Positions 16,701 through 25,460 of a stretch of DNA of 26,464 nucleotides are shown one piece after another. This DNA is from a virus (taxonomy: Duplodnaviria; Caudoviricetes). The stretch is taken from positions 1-26,464 of IMG/VR virus record IMGVR_UViG_3300020337_000015, one strand, 5' to 3'. Under the pieces are notes generated by a model. It worked only from the letters and a program-made list of their open reading frames with translations, had not been told where the DNA came from and did no database searches. Every line of letters starts with the position of its first letter. Position 1 is the first letter of the stretch. A program made the translations under genes and the position numbers.

Positions 16701-18131
16701 TTTTAAAAATTCATCAACTTGATCCAAAAAATATTTTTGCATAGGCTGTGAAGTAGTTGCCTTGTTGTAATCGTTTTCAAATTTTTTAGCTAAATTATAT
16801 GCAGTTTTTTCTAAACCTTCATATGTTCTATCTATTTTTCTAGCCCTACCTTTTATGTATAAAGATACTTGTTCACTAACACCTTCTATATCTTTTGGTT
16901 GTTTACCATATGATCTAAACCAAGATAAAAAGTTATCTATTCTTTTAATATTTCTATTTACTTTGTTAGGTGATGTAACCGATTGTAATCTCCATTTTTC
17001 AAAAGGAGGTAATTGTCTTACAATTTTACCAGACATACCTGATACCAACATAGGAGCTACCAATTTACTTACTGTAAATTTACTTGCTTTTTGTAAACCG
17101 TCTGTAACTTCTCTTGTTAATGGAGCAACAACTCTATTACCTAATAATAATTGCACTGGTTTAATTACAGTAGCATTAACTCCTTTTGCACCTAATTGTG
17201 CTGCACCTACACCAAATTTATTAACAAGTAATGGGGCTATCCCATACTTATAACCAAGTTGTGTAAATTTTCCAACCAATGGAAAACCACCTCCAACTAA
17301 CGTTCCTTCTGCACCATATTTAATTCTGTTTCTAAGCTCTGCTCCTGCTTTTTTTCTACCTGTTAAACCTTTAGTATCTTCTGGTTCTACAAAAAAAGAT
17401 TCTCTTCCAGGATCAGATGCTAAAAAATCTGTAACACCAACAATCGTTGCACCTTCCGTTGCTCTTGATGCAATTTGACTTACTTTTCTAAGCTTACCAC
17501 CCTTAACAGCATCTGCTGCTTTTTTCATTTTAACAACTGCTGGTATTCTTCCAGTAACTTTTGCAATTAAAGTTCCAGGTGTACCAAATTGTGTAAGTAA
17601 AGATGTAAGCTCTCCTCTCCATGTTTCAGGACGAGTAGGTTGATTCTTCTCCATCATGTTTTCAAACTTAGTTAAAAAATCTGTATTAGCTGCAAGATCA
17701 GTTCCTGCAAACAATAAAGAACCTAAACTATTTTGTAAATCATAAATCCCTGAACTAATACCTTTTGCTATCTCATCAAGACCAGTTGTATAATCTCTTT
17801 CTTGAGTAATCTCTCTATTATTTATTTTAAATGTAGGAGCTTTTGCATCTTCTAGTTTCTGTGCTTGTTGTTTAGGATCTTCTATTCCTACAATTTTATT
17901 TGCTAATCTTTTAGTTGGCTCTAACGTATAATATAAATCTAAAATACTTTTAGGGTCAGGCATAGCCAACCACTTCACAGGTTTTTTAGGTTTTGTTTGT
18001 GAAGATAGTTCGCTTTGTATTTTAAGTTTAATTTGATCTAAATCTAAAGGTTGAGATTTTTTTATATCAACTTCTACTGCTTCTTCTTTATTAGGATCTT
18101 TGAGAAATCGTTCGTAGGCAGTATCAGCCAT
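13701..18131 (-). CDS. Large internal virion / DNA ejection protein (1476 aa)
   Basis: Size, helical composition and position as last of four internal-protein genes before lysis genes, as in podovirus layouts; no catalytic motif recognised. Confidence 0.7.
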   Translation of the reverse strand: MADTAYERFLKDPNKEEAVEVDIKKSQPLDLDQIKLKIQSELSSQTKPKKPVKWLAMPDPKSILDLYYTLEPTKRLANKIVGIEDPKQQAQKLEDAKAPTFKINNREITQERDYTTGLDEIAKGISSGIYDLQNSLGSLLFAGTDLAANTDFLTKFENMMEKNQPTRPETWRGELTSLLTQFGTPGTLIAKVTGRIPAVVKMKKAADAVKGGKLRKVSQIASRATEGATIVGVTDFLASDPGRESFFVEPEDTKGLTGRKKAGAELRNRIKYGAEGTLVGGGFPLVGKFTQLGYKYGIAPLLVNKFGVGAAQLGAKGVNATVIKPVQLLLGNRVVAPLTREVTDGLQKASKFTVSKLVAPMLVSGMSGKIVRQLPPFEKWRLQSVTSPNKVNRNIKRIDNFLSWFRSYGKQPKDIEGVSEQVSLYIKGRARKIDRTYEGLEKTAYNLAKKFENDYNKATTSQPMQKYFLDQVDEFLKGQRSLNDLPQELQALSKDLSKDIKSIVGEFKKVLPKGREADELAKDLATVEINNIGKYLVRSFQTFRNPEYVPDEQVLNKAIDYLVNNVIKKNINLRESARNTFPKLKPEQAYVESAKMHAEDILRTGKAEGKAPLKQLKEIGTRILQNDKFKFLKTGEELPNEIKNLLGPERNLKASVAYTTSEAISSMANKKAADYIAQSGLKNGWLFNSVEDAVNAGFIGAQQIKSVPRLGIMKSQLLNKWASPEYVEGFAGMGGTLDKLVQMAFYRHALQAKVGVQIGKTLYSPQTQVRNVTSASFFALMNGHVGSKASVTDAMRIVARDIFKAGGNKIDEVEFNNYVEKLVRLGVWDENVVASEMKSVLSQIKEGSINTTDALFDKLMKMAPTDKVARLYAGGDNLWKGYGFEYGKSQLSMALKNLDEVKEWFRYMGKEFEPINQITGVKKTFDDAIEEGSAYLLRNTYPTYSKVPPVIQELRKLPLGNFISFPAEILRTGANIISTGLKEAAHPNRAIQQMGIRRLTGAFMTSYAVGKGFTELSQFLTNSTDSQWNAYKRSSAASWDATSNLLAVKGWKNGESAAINFSYFSPYDSLYQPLDAALAQAQKQNLNPQETEQFVMNLMFGDEGPVMKFLEPFISEPLGFDRFIDVTTRNGRKDGGGSVYTQSDDLGDKFIKSLTYVLDGVKPGIITSGQKIGDALSKDLTKGGKPVNLSDELLALFTGTRIIRIDVKKDLRYFTSTMNRLLRAVDETEGFYDVKDFANKTPTDMINTFNEMQKEAYRIQKDMYIRIKDLELLDLKKSKIFEIMKRSGTSRKIINNLLAGRFTPVNYSKPRFESKVRTVKDQMRNLSKDNEEFRYRANRNFLFPQRELDKVIGKYNGIKFFPKTFNEETGQREGGYNPDNETYQTDKEGRLIYDDNGQPLKEEGFIQQKIKQIPSMLKDMTLPGAPGFTSKPQAAPLPNTPQPTIKTAQNVNPQTGLTRTESALLSPSEQVIARRT

Positions 18132-18132
18132 G

Positions 18133-19239
18133 TTACGCCTCCGATGGTAATACTAAATTAACGCTGTACTTTTTGTTAAACTGAGTTACATCTTGTTGTG
18201 ATGAAATCATAGCAAAGTCTTCTAATGCTTCTGCACTGTTTGACATTAACTCAACTATATCATCTGTAATCTCATTTGGTAATCTTGCTCTTAATTGATC
18301 ATAGCTAATTAAATTATTTTTACCATTATCCATTGATCCTTGGTCCATGGTCATTGTTTCTTGAGGCATCATTGGTTGTTGTTGAGGCATCATCATTGGG
18401 TCTTGGGCCATATCTACTCCACCACCCATTTGATACTCCGCTCTACCTCCACTTGAAAATAAACCAAGTAACTCTTTTATTTTTTTTATAGCAGCTGAAT
18501 ATAATTCATTACTTCCTTCTTTATACATACCCGGATTATCATCCATTAATTTTTCAGTTATTGTTGAAAATATAGTTTGACCCTCACTTGAATTAGTAAA
18601 AATTTTTATTGCACCTTCTGTTACTGGATTACTTTTAGTAAAATTATTTTTTTTAGTTTGTAACACTTCTAATCTTACTATATCTTTTTTATTTACTTCT
18701 TGTCCTGTATCTTTTGCTTCTTTAATTTTATTTTGTATTTCATATATTTCAGGAATAATCATTTCTAATTCATTAGCTATTGCTAAATCTCTATACTCTT
18801 TAGCTCCACCTTCATTACCTGCTGCTTCTGCTGCAATATCCATGTTTCCTTGTAAAAGTGTTTTAAATAAATCTGCTTCTGCTGCTTTTTTACTTATTCT
18901 TTGTGAATCAATATCTTTAAATAATTGTTCTGTTGGTCCTTTTGCTGCTTGTGCTCCTGTAGCTAATAGACCAGTAAATCCTTTTCCTGTTGGCGGTCTT
19001 GACATTAAATCTAAACCTGTAGACATTAAAAATCTATTAAAAGCTTCTCCTTTAGGTCTTTCCATATAAGGTTGATATGCTGCAAGTACTTCAGGAGTTA
19101 AGGAATTTCTAGTTTGTTTTACTAACTCTGCCATACCCGCATTTTTATAACCTTGTCTAGGTTTATCTAATCCTGATGTAATACCGGTTCCTGCAGAACC
19201 ACCTATTCTAAACATTGGTCTTTTTAAAGTTCTACTCAT
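18133..19239 (-). CDS. Putative internal virion protein
   Basis: 368 aa; context; carries FRIGG and FSSGGRAEYQMGG motifs and a Met/Gln/Pro-rich linker. Confidence 0.65.
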   Translation of the reverse strand: MSRTLKRPMFRIGGSAGTGITSGLDKPRQGYKNAGMAELVKQTRNSLTPEVLAAYQPYMERPKGEAFNRFLMSTGLDLMSRPPTGKGFTGLLATGAQAAKGPTEQLFKDIDSQRISKKAAEADLFKTLLQGNMDIAAEAAGNEGGAKEYRDLAIANELEMIIPEIYEIQNKIKEAKDTGQEVNKKDIVRLEVLQTKKNNFTKSNPVTEGAIKIFTNSSEGQTIFSTITEKLMDDNPGMYKEGSNELYSAAIKKIKELLGLFSSGGRAEYQMGGGVDMAQDPMMMPQQQPMMPQETMTMDQGSMDNGKNNLISYDQLRARLPNEITDDIVELMSNSAEALEDFAMISSQQDVTQFNKKYSVNLVLPSEA

Positions 19240-19244
19240 ATTAT

Positions 19245-20141
19245 TTATTTCAATGCGCCGTATATCCCTGCTCCAGTGGCCGCTGCACCTAGTGCAGTTT
19301 GTAAGAATGTTGGGTTAGGTATTTGTTGAGACTGTGTTCCTGATCCAGCCATACCGCCCATGATCCCTGTAACAAGGTTACCGTAGTTTTGTAATTGTTC
19401 TTGTGGTTGATAAGCAGCCATTCTGTTTGCTTCTCTAGTTGCATCTAGACCCGCTTGTGTTTGCGCTTGATTCAATGCGCCCAATGAACCTAAACGTGAA
19501 ATATCTGTTCCTTGCAATCCAGGTAATGCAGAAGCTAATCCCATTTGATTTGCAAATTGTTGTTGAGCAGCTTGTTGTGCTTGACCAAAACCTTCTTGCA
19601 ATAATCCTGCCTGTAGTCGTGCTCTGTTCATATCAGAACCTCTCATGTATTCTGATTGTACAACACCTTCACGTCCACCACCAAAAGCTCCCGATGCTAC
19701 TGCTTGATCTCTTAAACCTTGTTGTTGTATTTGTGCATTTCTATCAAATTCAGCTAAGGAAGTATCCATCACCTGTTGTTGATATGGTGACATGAACTGT
19801 TGAAAAGCTTGTGGTCCAGTTGCACCTTGCGCAGCTGTTAAAAAAGGTTGAAAAGATCCAACACCTTGTTGTGCTAAAGTTTGTGCTTGTTTTTGTAATG
19901 CATCTTGACCTGCAACTTGTGGTGCAAGTCCTGATAAATTTTGTTGTCTTGTTGTAAATGCTCTTGCAGCATCTTGTCTTGCTTTAAACCCTGCTGCGGT
20001 TTCTCCCGCTTGCTGTGTTAAACTTCCAATACCACCTGATACAACAGGAACTCCTGTAAGGGCTACGGCCTGTTTGGCTAAATCTTTTCCTAAATCTTCT
20101 ACGAAGGGTGCTGGTCTTGATATTGTGGTCTGTGTTGCCAT
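19245..20141 (-). CDS. Gln/Ala/Gly-rich putative ejection (pilot) protein
   Basis: FMSPYQQQV, GAFGGGR, C-terminal Gly/Ala hydrophobic segment typical of podovirus DNA-transfer proteins. Confidence 0.7.
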   Translation of the reverse strand: MATQTTISRPAPFVEDLGKDLAKQAVALTGVPVVSGGIGSLTQQAGETAAGFKARQDAARAFTTRQQNLSGLAPQVAGQDALQKQAQTLAQQGVGSFQPFLTAAQGATGPQAFQQFMSPYQQQVMDTSLAEFDRNAQIQQQGLRDQAVASGAFGGGREGVVQSEYMRGSDMNRARLQAGLLQEGFGQAQQAAQQQFANQMGLASALPGLQGTDISRLGSLGALNQAQTQAGLDATREANRMAAYQPQEQLQNYGNLVTGIMGGMAGSGTQSQQIPNPTFLQTALGAAATGAGIYGALK

Positions 20142-22030
20142 TATAATACTTCCTCTAGTCTTTGTGATGTTTGAAACATTTTTTTAGCGCCTTCTAATCC
20201 TTGCGATTCTTCTGATACTTCACCTCCGGATTCGAGGTTTTTCATCATGTTATACATGACTTCTGCACCTTTGTCTATATCTCCCTCTCCTGCGTTTCTT
20301 ACAGCATCAGCAGTAAATACAAATTCATTTTTAGATAATCTTGCAGGCACGTCATCTGCTCTTTCCATTCTACCGATAGGCACGAACCCTCCATCAGCTC
20401 TGTAATCTTTTTCCATACCATCCATATCTATTAATGGCATAGTCTTCTTGGCCACTGGTTCTGCATCTCCACCTTCAGCCATAAATCTTCTAGCTAATAT
20501 TCTATTAGGATTATTTCTAATAGCGTCAATATCTATACCTTGAGTTTTGTAATATTCATCTAAATCCATTCCATCGTCTTCTTCTTTTTGACCCATTAAA
20601 CCTAATAGTGCTGATCCACCAAATATTGATTTGTAAGGGTTGTCTTTTATAAAATTAAATAAACCACCAGTTTTATTTCCCATTCCTCTTGGTTTTACAC
20701 TACCCATTAACATTTGTTTAAAAGCTAAACCTTTACCGCTACCAAATAAACCTGAAGCTGGTCCAAAACCAGCCATGCCTGCACCAAGTCCTAATAAAGC
20801 AGCTTTACCAAATGGAGACTTAGCAACTTTCTTAATTGCACGTGTTGCTTTCTTAACTAATTTTCCTAAAAAATATTGTTGTCTTCCTGTTTCAAGGTCC
20901 ATGATCCCTCCAGTTGGATCCTCCATCTCATCTTCTTCTAATAAATCTCTGTATTCTTTTTTCATTTTCATCATACCACCGTCCATCATTTCTGCACGTC
21001 CACCGTTTGCTAGACCTGTGAAATCAAATATAGAGCCCATGAATCTTGGAGCAAGGCCACCAAAGTTTCTTGTAGGTGTTGTAGTATCATCATCGTCATC
21101 ATCAGTGTCATCTTTTTTTACAACAATTGGAGGTACGTAGTTATCTCCTCCGCCACCAGTATTATCGGTTGTATTAGATCTATCTAAATAATCTGTATAA
21201 TCAGTGCTTAAATCATAAGTTTCGCCAGTAGGATCTTTTGGATCAATATTAACTTTTCTTCCACCTTCTAAAATTGCTTTTGCTTGAGGTTCACCTAAAT
21301 CTTTAAATTTAGGACCTATACCCATTTTAATATCCACTGGACCAATATTAGTAGCATATCCCATAGTTCCAAGATCTTGCATCACTTCAGCATAACGTGT
21401 CGGATCGTCTTCTTGTAATTTTTCTAAAAACTTTTCTCTTTCTTTTGCATTTAAATTATAAGCAAAATCACTATTTGTTATAGCCTCAGTAGTTTTTGTT
21501 AATAAATTATTTCTTAAATATTGTTCAAATATATTTGGTGTTGTAGAATTGTATTTTGTTTTTTTAGGTTTAGCTATAGGTGTTCCAAATTTACTAGTTT
21601 TATCAAAACCTAACTCAGAAAGTTCTTTTTCTTTTTTTTCTTTTTCAATTAGTGCTAATCTTGCTTTTTCAGTTTCTGCTGCAATTCTTTGTCGTTCTTT
21701 TTCTGCTGCAATTCTTTGTCGTTCTTTTTCTGCTGCAGCGTTTGCTATACCTTGTCTTAAAGATTCATTATTTCTTATTGCTCTTTCAGCCTCTTCATTT
21801 GAAATACTAAATCTTTCAGGAGTAGTTTGCTCGGTCATGTAATCTTGCATAGATTGACCACCATCTCCATTTCTTTGATTACCACCTCTATCTGTTCCTG
21901 GAGACATGTCACCTCTTCCTTCTCTAGCATCCCTTTCAGCACCAGCAAAAAAACCAAGTCTTCCATCAGGGTTTGCTACTCCACCCTTAATTAACATCTG
22001 TCTAACCTGTTGTGCTCTTGTAATTGCCAT
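20141..22030 (-). CDS. Putative internal virion protein with C-terminal tape-measure-like module
   Basis: 629 aa; multiple xxGG motifs, Gly-rich hydrophobic stretches, C-terminal ADDVPARLSKNEFVFTADAV. Confidence 0.7.
   Translation of the reverse strand: MAITRAQQVRQMLIKGGVANPDGRLGFFAGAERDAREGRGDMSPGTDRGGNQRNGDGGQSMQDYMTEQTTPERFSISNEEAERAIRNNESLRQGIANAAAEKERQRIAAEKERQRIAAETEKARLALIEKEKKEKELSELGFDKTSKFGTPIAKPKKTKYNSTTPNIFEQYLRNNLLTKTTEAITNSDFAYNLNAKEREKFLEKLQEDDPTRYAEVMQDLGTMGYATNIGPVDIKMGIGPKFKDLGEPQAKAILEGGRKVNIDPKDPTGETYDLSTDYTDYLDRSNTTDNTGGGGDNYVPPIVVKKDDTDDDDDDTTTPTRNFGGLAPRFMGSIFDFTGLANGGRAEMMDGGMMKMKKEYRDLLEEDEMEDPTGGIMDLETGRQQYFLGKLVKKATRAIKKVAKSPFGKAALLGLGAGMAGFGPASGLFGSGKGLAFKQMLMGSVKPRGMGNKTGGLFNFIKDNPYKSIFGGSALLGLMGQKEEDDGMDLDEYYKTQGIDIDAIRNNPNRILARRFMAEGGDAEPVAKKTMPLIDMDGMEKDYRADGGFVPIGRMERADDVPARLSKNEFVFTADAVRNAGEGDIDKGAEVMYNMMKNLESGGEVSEESQGLEGAKKMFQTSQRLEEVL
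21673..21737. repeat. 27-bp in-frame tandem repeat (2.4 copies)
   Basis: tttctgctgcaattctttgtcgttctt at 21673 and 21700, partial at 21727; encodes AAEKERQRI x2. Confidence 0.95.
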
Positions 22031-22272
22031 TACTCTGACGCTGCTCCTAATGGTGGCATTGCTGCTACTTTAATTTTTAATGACCTTGTAATCTCTTCTC
22101 TAATTGTAGGAGTGTTTGAATCTGCAATATCGTTTTCTGCTTCTTGATCCGAGTTATACTCTACATTAGTTCTTGTATTTCTCAATACTACTTCTGTTTC
22201 ACACTTAACAACTGGTACTTTTTTACCATTTATCTCTGTGTATGCTACTTCTGCTTCTTCTTTAAATGCCAT
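22030..22272 (-). CDS. Small hypothetical (probably virion) protein
   Basis: Track ORF trimmed to ATG 22272 (MAFKEEAEV...), just after the upstream stop; TAATG overlap downstream. Confidence 0.75.
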   Translation of the reverse strand: MAFKEEAEVAYTEINGKKVPVVKCETEVVLRNTRTNVEYNSDQEAENDIADSNTPTIREEITRSLKIKVAAMPPLGAASE

Positions 22273-22274
22273 AA

Positions 22275-22604
22275 TTAATCCCTGTTTATTTCTAATATTG
22301 CACAAGTGCCTTCGAATATATTAGCACTCGCTGCTTGTAGTTGTAATTTATCATTCTCTTCTAACACAATTGAGCCATCAGCGATAGACTTAGAATCTCC
22401 TGAGTTTACAGTATGTTCAGCAAATTGAAAAGCAGTTGTTGCTGAATTATCGTATAAAAAAGCTTTTATTTCTGTGTTTCCACCACCAACATTGGCTGTG
22501 TGTATGTTCTGTATTATAGCTCTAGAGTTAGAAGGCACAGTATAAATATCTGTCACATTAGTTGTAGTTAAATCAAAGTTAGCGTTTTTATATATATTTG
22601 CCAT
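22275..22604 (-). CDS. Small beta-rich virion protein
   Basis: 109 aa, YTVPS...IVLEENDKL pattern; in tail gene block. Confidence 0.8.
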   Translation of the reverse strand: MANIYKNANFDLTTTNVTDIYTVPSNSRAIIQNIHTANVGGGNTEIKAFLYDNSATTAFQFAEHTVNSGDSKSIADGSIVLEENDKLQLQAASANIFEGTCAILEINRD

Positions 22605-22605
22605 A

Positions 22606-22776
22606 TCAATTCCCTGATTTAAACCAAGTAAATCTTTCTGTTTCTTGTTTTAATTCATTTAAAAATGTAGAGTTTAATTGTTCAACTATTATAGTAATAG
22701 CTCTATTAATTTGTTTTTGATTTGAAAAATCGTATTCTTCTTTTGGTTCTGGTAATCTTACTACTACTTTAGCCAT
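22606..22776 (-). CDS. 56-aa hypothetical virion protein
   Basis: Manual translation MAKVVVRLPEPKEEYDFSNQKQINRAITIIVEQLNSTFLNELKQETERFTWFKSGN; TAATG overlap, exactly fills gap. Not in ORF track. Confidence 0.8.
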   Translation of the reverse strand: MAKVVVRLPEPKEEYDFSNQKQINRAITIIVEQLNSTFLNELKQETERFTWFKSGN

Positions 22777-24722
22777 TATCTTCTACCATCCGGTTGTATA
22801 TCTATTCTTAAAGTTCCAAAACGCCAAGACTCACTAACATCAGTGTTTTCTATTTTAATGTTAACAAATCTTCCTCTGGCCCTAGTATCTTTTTTATCAG
22901 TACTAGAGTTAATTGTAAAGGGACTTAAAGACGTAACAGTATCTGATTGTTGAGGATAACGTTTAACTGCTAGTGTTACTTTTGCATTACCTTGTAAATC
23001 TTTAAAGTCTGGTACAAATCTTCTCATTGCTAAAAATGTTTCTCCAGCAACACTAGGACCACTTGATTTACCTTGAGCATCTCTTTGTTTTGCTTGTAAA
23101 TCGAAGTCAAATGATTTTATAAACGAAGTAACAGTAGTTGTACTACCATCAGGATTTACTTGATCTGTTCCTACTTCATGTTCAAATAATGTTGTTTGAC
23201 CTAAACCTGATTCTCCAACAATTACAGGAAAAGTACCTGTAGCTGAGTCATTAAATTTAGTAGCTGATGGTTTAGGATATACACTAGCATCAATCCAAGA
23301 TGTTCTAGCTTCAGTTCCAATATACCAAACACCACCTCTCATAGGTTCTCCATAATTAAATACAACATATTGATCATTGTAATCAGAACTAGTTGATGGA
23401 TAATACCAAACAACTTCTGTAAATAAATTATTTATACCTGCATAAATCTGTTGACCTTTGGTAGTATCGGCTTGATCATAAACATAGTCTTCAACACTAC
23501 ACGGTAAAGATTTAACTGTACCATCGAACATAAAGAAACCATTATTAGACATCCAAAACGCAGCACCATCTATTTCAATCGCTGCATTCTTACCAATCAA
23601 TCCACAGTTAGTACCCACTTGTTCAAAACCAAATGTAAAAGGTGATCCAATAAATTTCATTGTATATAATGCATTATCTGTCCAAACTAGAATTGTTTCT
23701 TTTGCTTTTAAAGAACCTATAATCCGTGTTCCGTCCTGCAGTCTTTGTGATCCAGCTGAATTAATTGCTGTAGGTGTATAATCATTTATATCTTCTTGAT
23801 CCGAGAACCGGATAAACATATCATCTTGTGTAGAGGTATCTCCAATAGTTGTTTCAGTTCCTAGATGAATTAAGTGACGTGTTGTAGGTGAAACTAGTGT
23901 TACTCTGGTTGCAGTTGGATTGGCTGATGTAGAAAAACCAGATGTAGTTGTTGATGCTCTTGTTGTTAATCTCGTAGTAATACCTGCATCCCATGTAAAC
24001 GTTTTTCCATTTGCAATAGTTGCAACTAATACTTGACCAAAGTTACTTAAAGACCATAACCCTGGTTCAAGAGAAACGTCAGATGCTGAAGCTGCTTCTC
24101 CCCATGCACCCCTGCTCCAGGTATCAATACCCCAACCATAACCATAAGATTGTTCTGCCGGACCAACTTGTTCATAAGGTTTAACTTCTAAACTACCACC
24201 TGTTGAAACAGTAGCTGTTGCATTAGAACTTTGTGTAATTGTAAATACACTTGAACTTGTAATACTTGTTACTTGAAATAATTTATCTTCAAAGTCAGAG
24301 TTTGCATAACCTGTACCATTGGGTAAAGTTACATTATCTAATAATACAATATCTCCTGCACTTAAACCATGAGAAGTTTTTGTAATAGAACAAATAGCTG
24401 AAGCATTTGTTGTTGCAATAGTACAAGAGGATAAAGTAGTTTTTAAAGGTGTAATATCATAGAGTTGACCTTCAAAATATATAAGTAAAAATTTATCTGT
24501 ACCAATTGCAATATATCTATTTCCATCTAAGTCTACGAATGCAAACTGTCTTCTTGCAACACCAACAATAGTATCTGTAACAAGTGATGACCAACCACCA
24601 ACTTTTTCTGGTAATCCATATCTGAATCTTGTGTTATCACAATCAACCCATCTGTTTTCTGCACCAGATTCAGTATCTTGTTTATCAATTCCTGGTAAGA
24701 CTTTAAAATCAATTAGAGCCAT
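22776..24722 (-). CDS. Tail hub / head-closure protein (P22 gp10 / tail tubular B-like)
   Basis: 648 aa, beta-rich with propeller-like repeats (IRFSDQED, ILVWTD, NCGLIG, FWMS); position upstream of internal proteins. Confidence 0.7.
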   Translation of the reverse strand: MALIDFKVLPGIDKQDTESGAENRWVDCDNTRFRYGLPEKVGGWSSLVTDTIVGVARRQFAFVDLDGNRYIAIGTDKFLLIYFEGQLYDITPLKTTLSSCTIATTNASAICSITKTSHGLSAGDIVLLDNVTLPNGTGYANSDFEDKLFQVTSITSSSVFTITQSSNATATVSTGGSLEVKPYEQVGPAEQSYGYGWGIDTWSRGAWGEAASASDVSLEPGLWSLSNFGQVLVATIANGKTFTWDAGITTRLTTRASTTTSGFSTSANPTATRVTLVSPTTRHLIHLGTETTIGDTSTQDDMFIRFSDQEDINDYTPTAINSAGSQRLQDGTRIIGSLKAKETILVWTDNALYTMKFIGSPFTFGFEQVGTNCGLIGKNAAIEIDGAAFWMSNNGFFMFDGTVKSLPCSVEDYVYDQADTTKGQQIYAGINNLFTEVVWYYPSTSSDYNDQYVVFNYGEPMRGGVWYIGTEARTSWIDASVYPKPSATKFNDSATGTFPVIVGESGLGQTTLFEHEVGTDQVNPDGSTTTVTSFIKSFDFDLQAKQRDAQGKSSGPSVAGETFLAMRRFVPDFKDLQGNAKVTLAVKRYPQQSDTVTSLSPFTINSSTDKKDTRARGRFVNIKIENTDVSESWRFGTLRIDIQPDGRR

Positions 24723-24733
24723 GATCCATGCTC

Positions 24734-25453
24734 CTATATTTTATCTTTGTATATCCAGCCTCTAGTTGCATTGACATACACTAAAGTAAATGCAGCACCA
24801 TTAGTTGAAACAACTAAATCAGAAGCAGCACCTAAAATATTAGAACTGTTTCTACCAATTGTTAAATTGTTTGATGCAAATGCATTACCGCTATCTATAA
24901 AATGTACTTCGTTACCTATTGCAGGGGATGCTGGTAAATTAATTGTAACTGCAGTACCAATACCACTTCCTGATGTGTTTACTAATATTTGATCACCATT
25001 AACTGTAGTGTAAGTAGCTGAAGGTGTGTAGTATCCTTTAGTTTGTAGTTTACCTGTAATGTTTGTGCCGTCAGAATATAAAACTGTAGTTGACCCAACT
25101 GGTAAAGAAAGACCTGTTCCTGAAACTGTTTTAACTGTTAATGTATAATTAGAAGCTGATCTAGCTGTTGCATCTTCTACAATAAATACTCTTTCTGCAC
25201 CATCAGGCATAGTAACTGTTCTGTTAGCAGTTAGTGTTCCTGTTAATTTATAATATAAATTTTTACCATTTGCTGTTGCATGATTAGCTAAAGATAAAGC
25301 AACGTCAGCTCCACCTACTGCAAGTGATAAATAACCACTAGCTGCTTGTTCTAAAATTTGTAAGTTTGTATTAGTAATTGTACCCCAGGTTCCTGATTTT
25401 TCACCTGTGGTTATTAGTTCTAGTTTTAAATCTGTTGATGTACTTGATGCCAT
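24734..25453 (-). CDS. Tail fibre/baseplate-like structural protein
   Basis: N-term LELITTGEKSGTWGTITNTNL; C-term TINLPASPAIGNEVHFID...LVYVNATRGW domain typical of phage fibre proteins; GGAG SD. Confidence 0.75.
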   Translation of the reverse strand: MASSTSTDLKLELITTGEKSGTWGTITNTNLQILEQAASGYLSLAVGGADVALSLANHATANGKNLYYKLTGTLTANRTVTMPDGAERVFIVEDATARSASNYTLTVKTVSGTGLSLPVGSTTVLYSDGTNITGKLQTKGYYTPSATYTTVNGDQILVNTSGSGIGTAVTINLPASPAIGNEVHFIDSGNAFASNNLTIGRNSSNILGAASDLVVSTNGAAFTLVYVNATRGWIYKDKI

Positions 25454-25460
25454 AATTCTC

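Noticed and set aside
13701-18131. Virion RNA polymerase or lytic transglycosylase domain in the 1476-aa protein; also scattered xxGG (VKGG, FKAGG, YAGG, LTKGG)
   Set aside because: No convincing catalytic motifs seen by eye; the GG instances lack the tandem R-A-E context and may be background.
20640-21140. 166-aa plus-strand ORF (also 16855..17253, 19439..19795, 21549..21842, 10751..11050 and other + ORFs inside long genes)
   Set aside because: Antisense shadows of long minus-strand genes; no SD or recognisable motifs.
21673-21737. Possible CRISPR-like repeat
   Set aside because: No spacers; in-frame coding tandem duplication.
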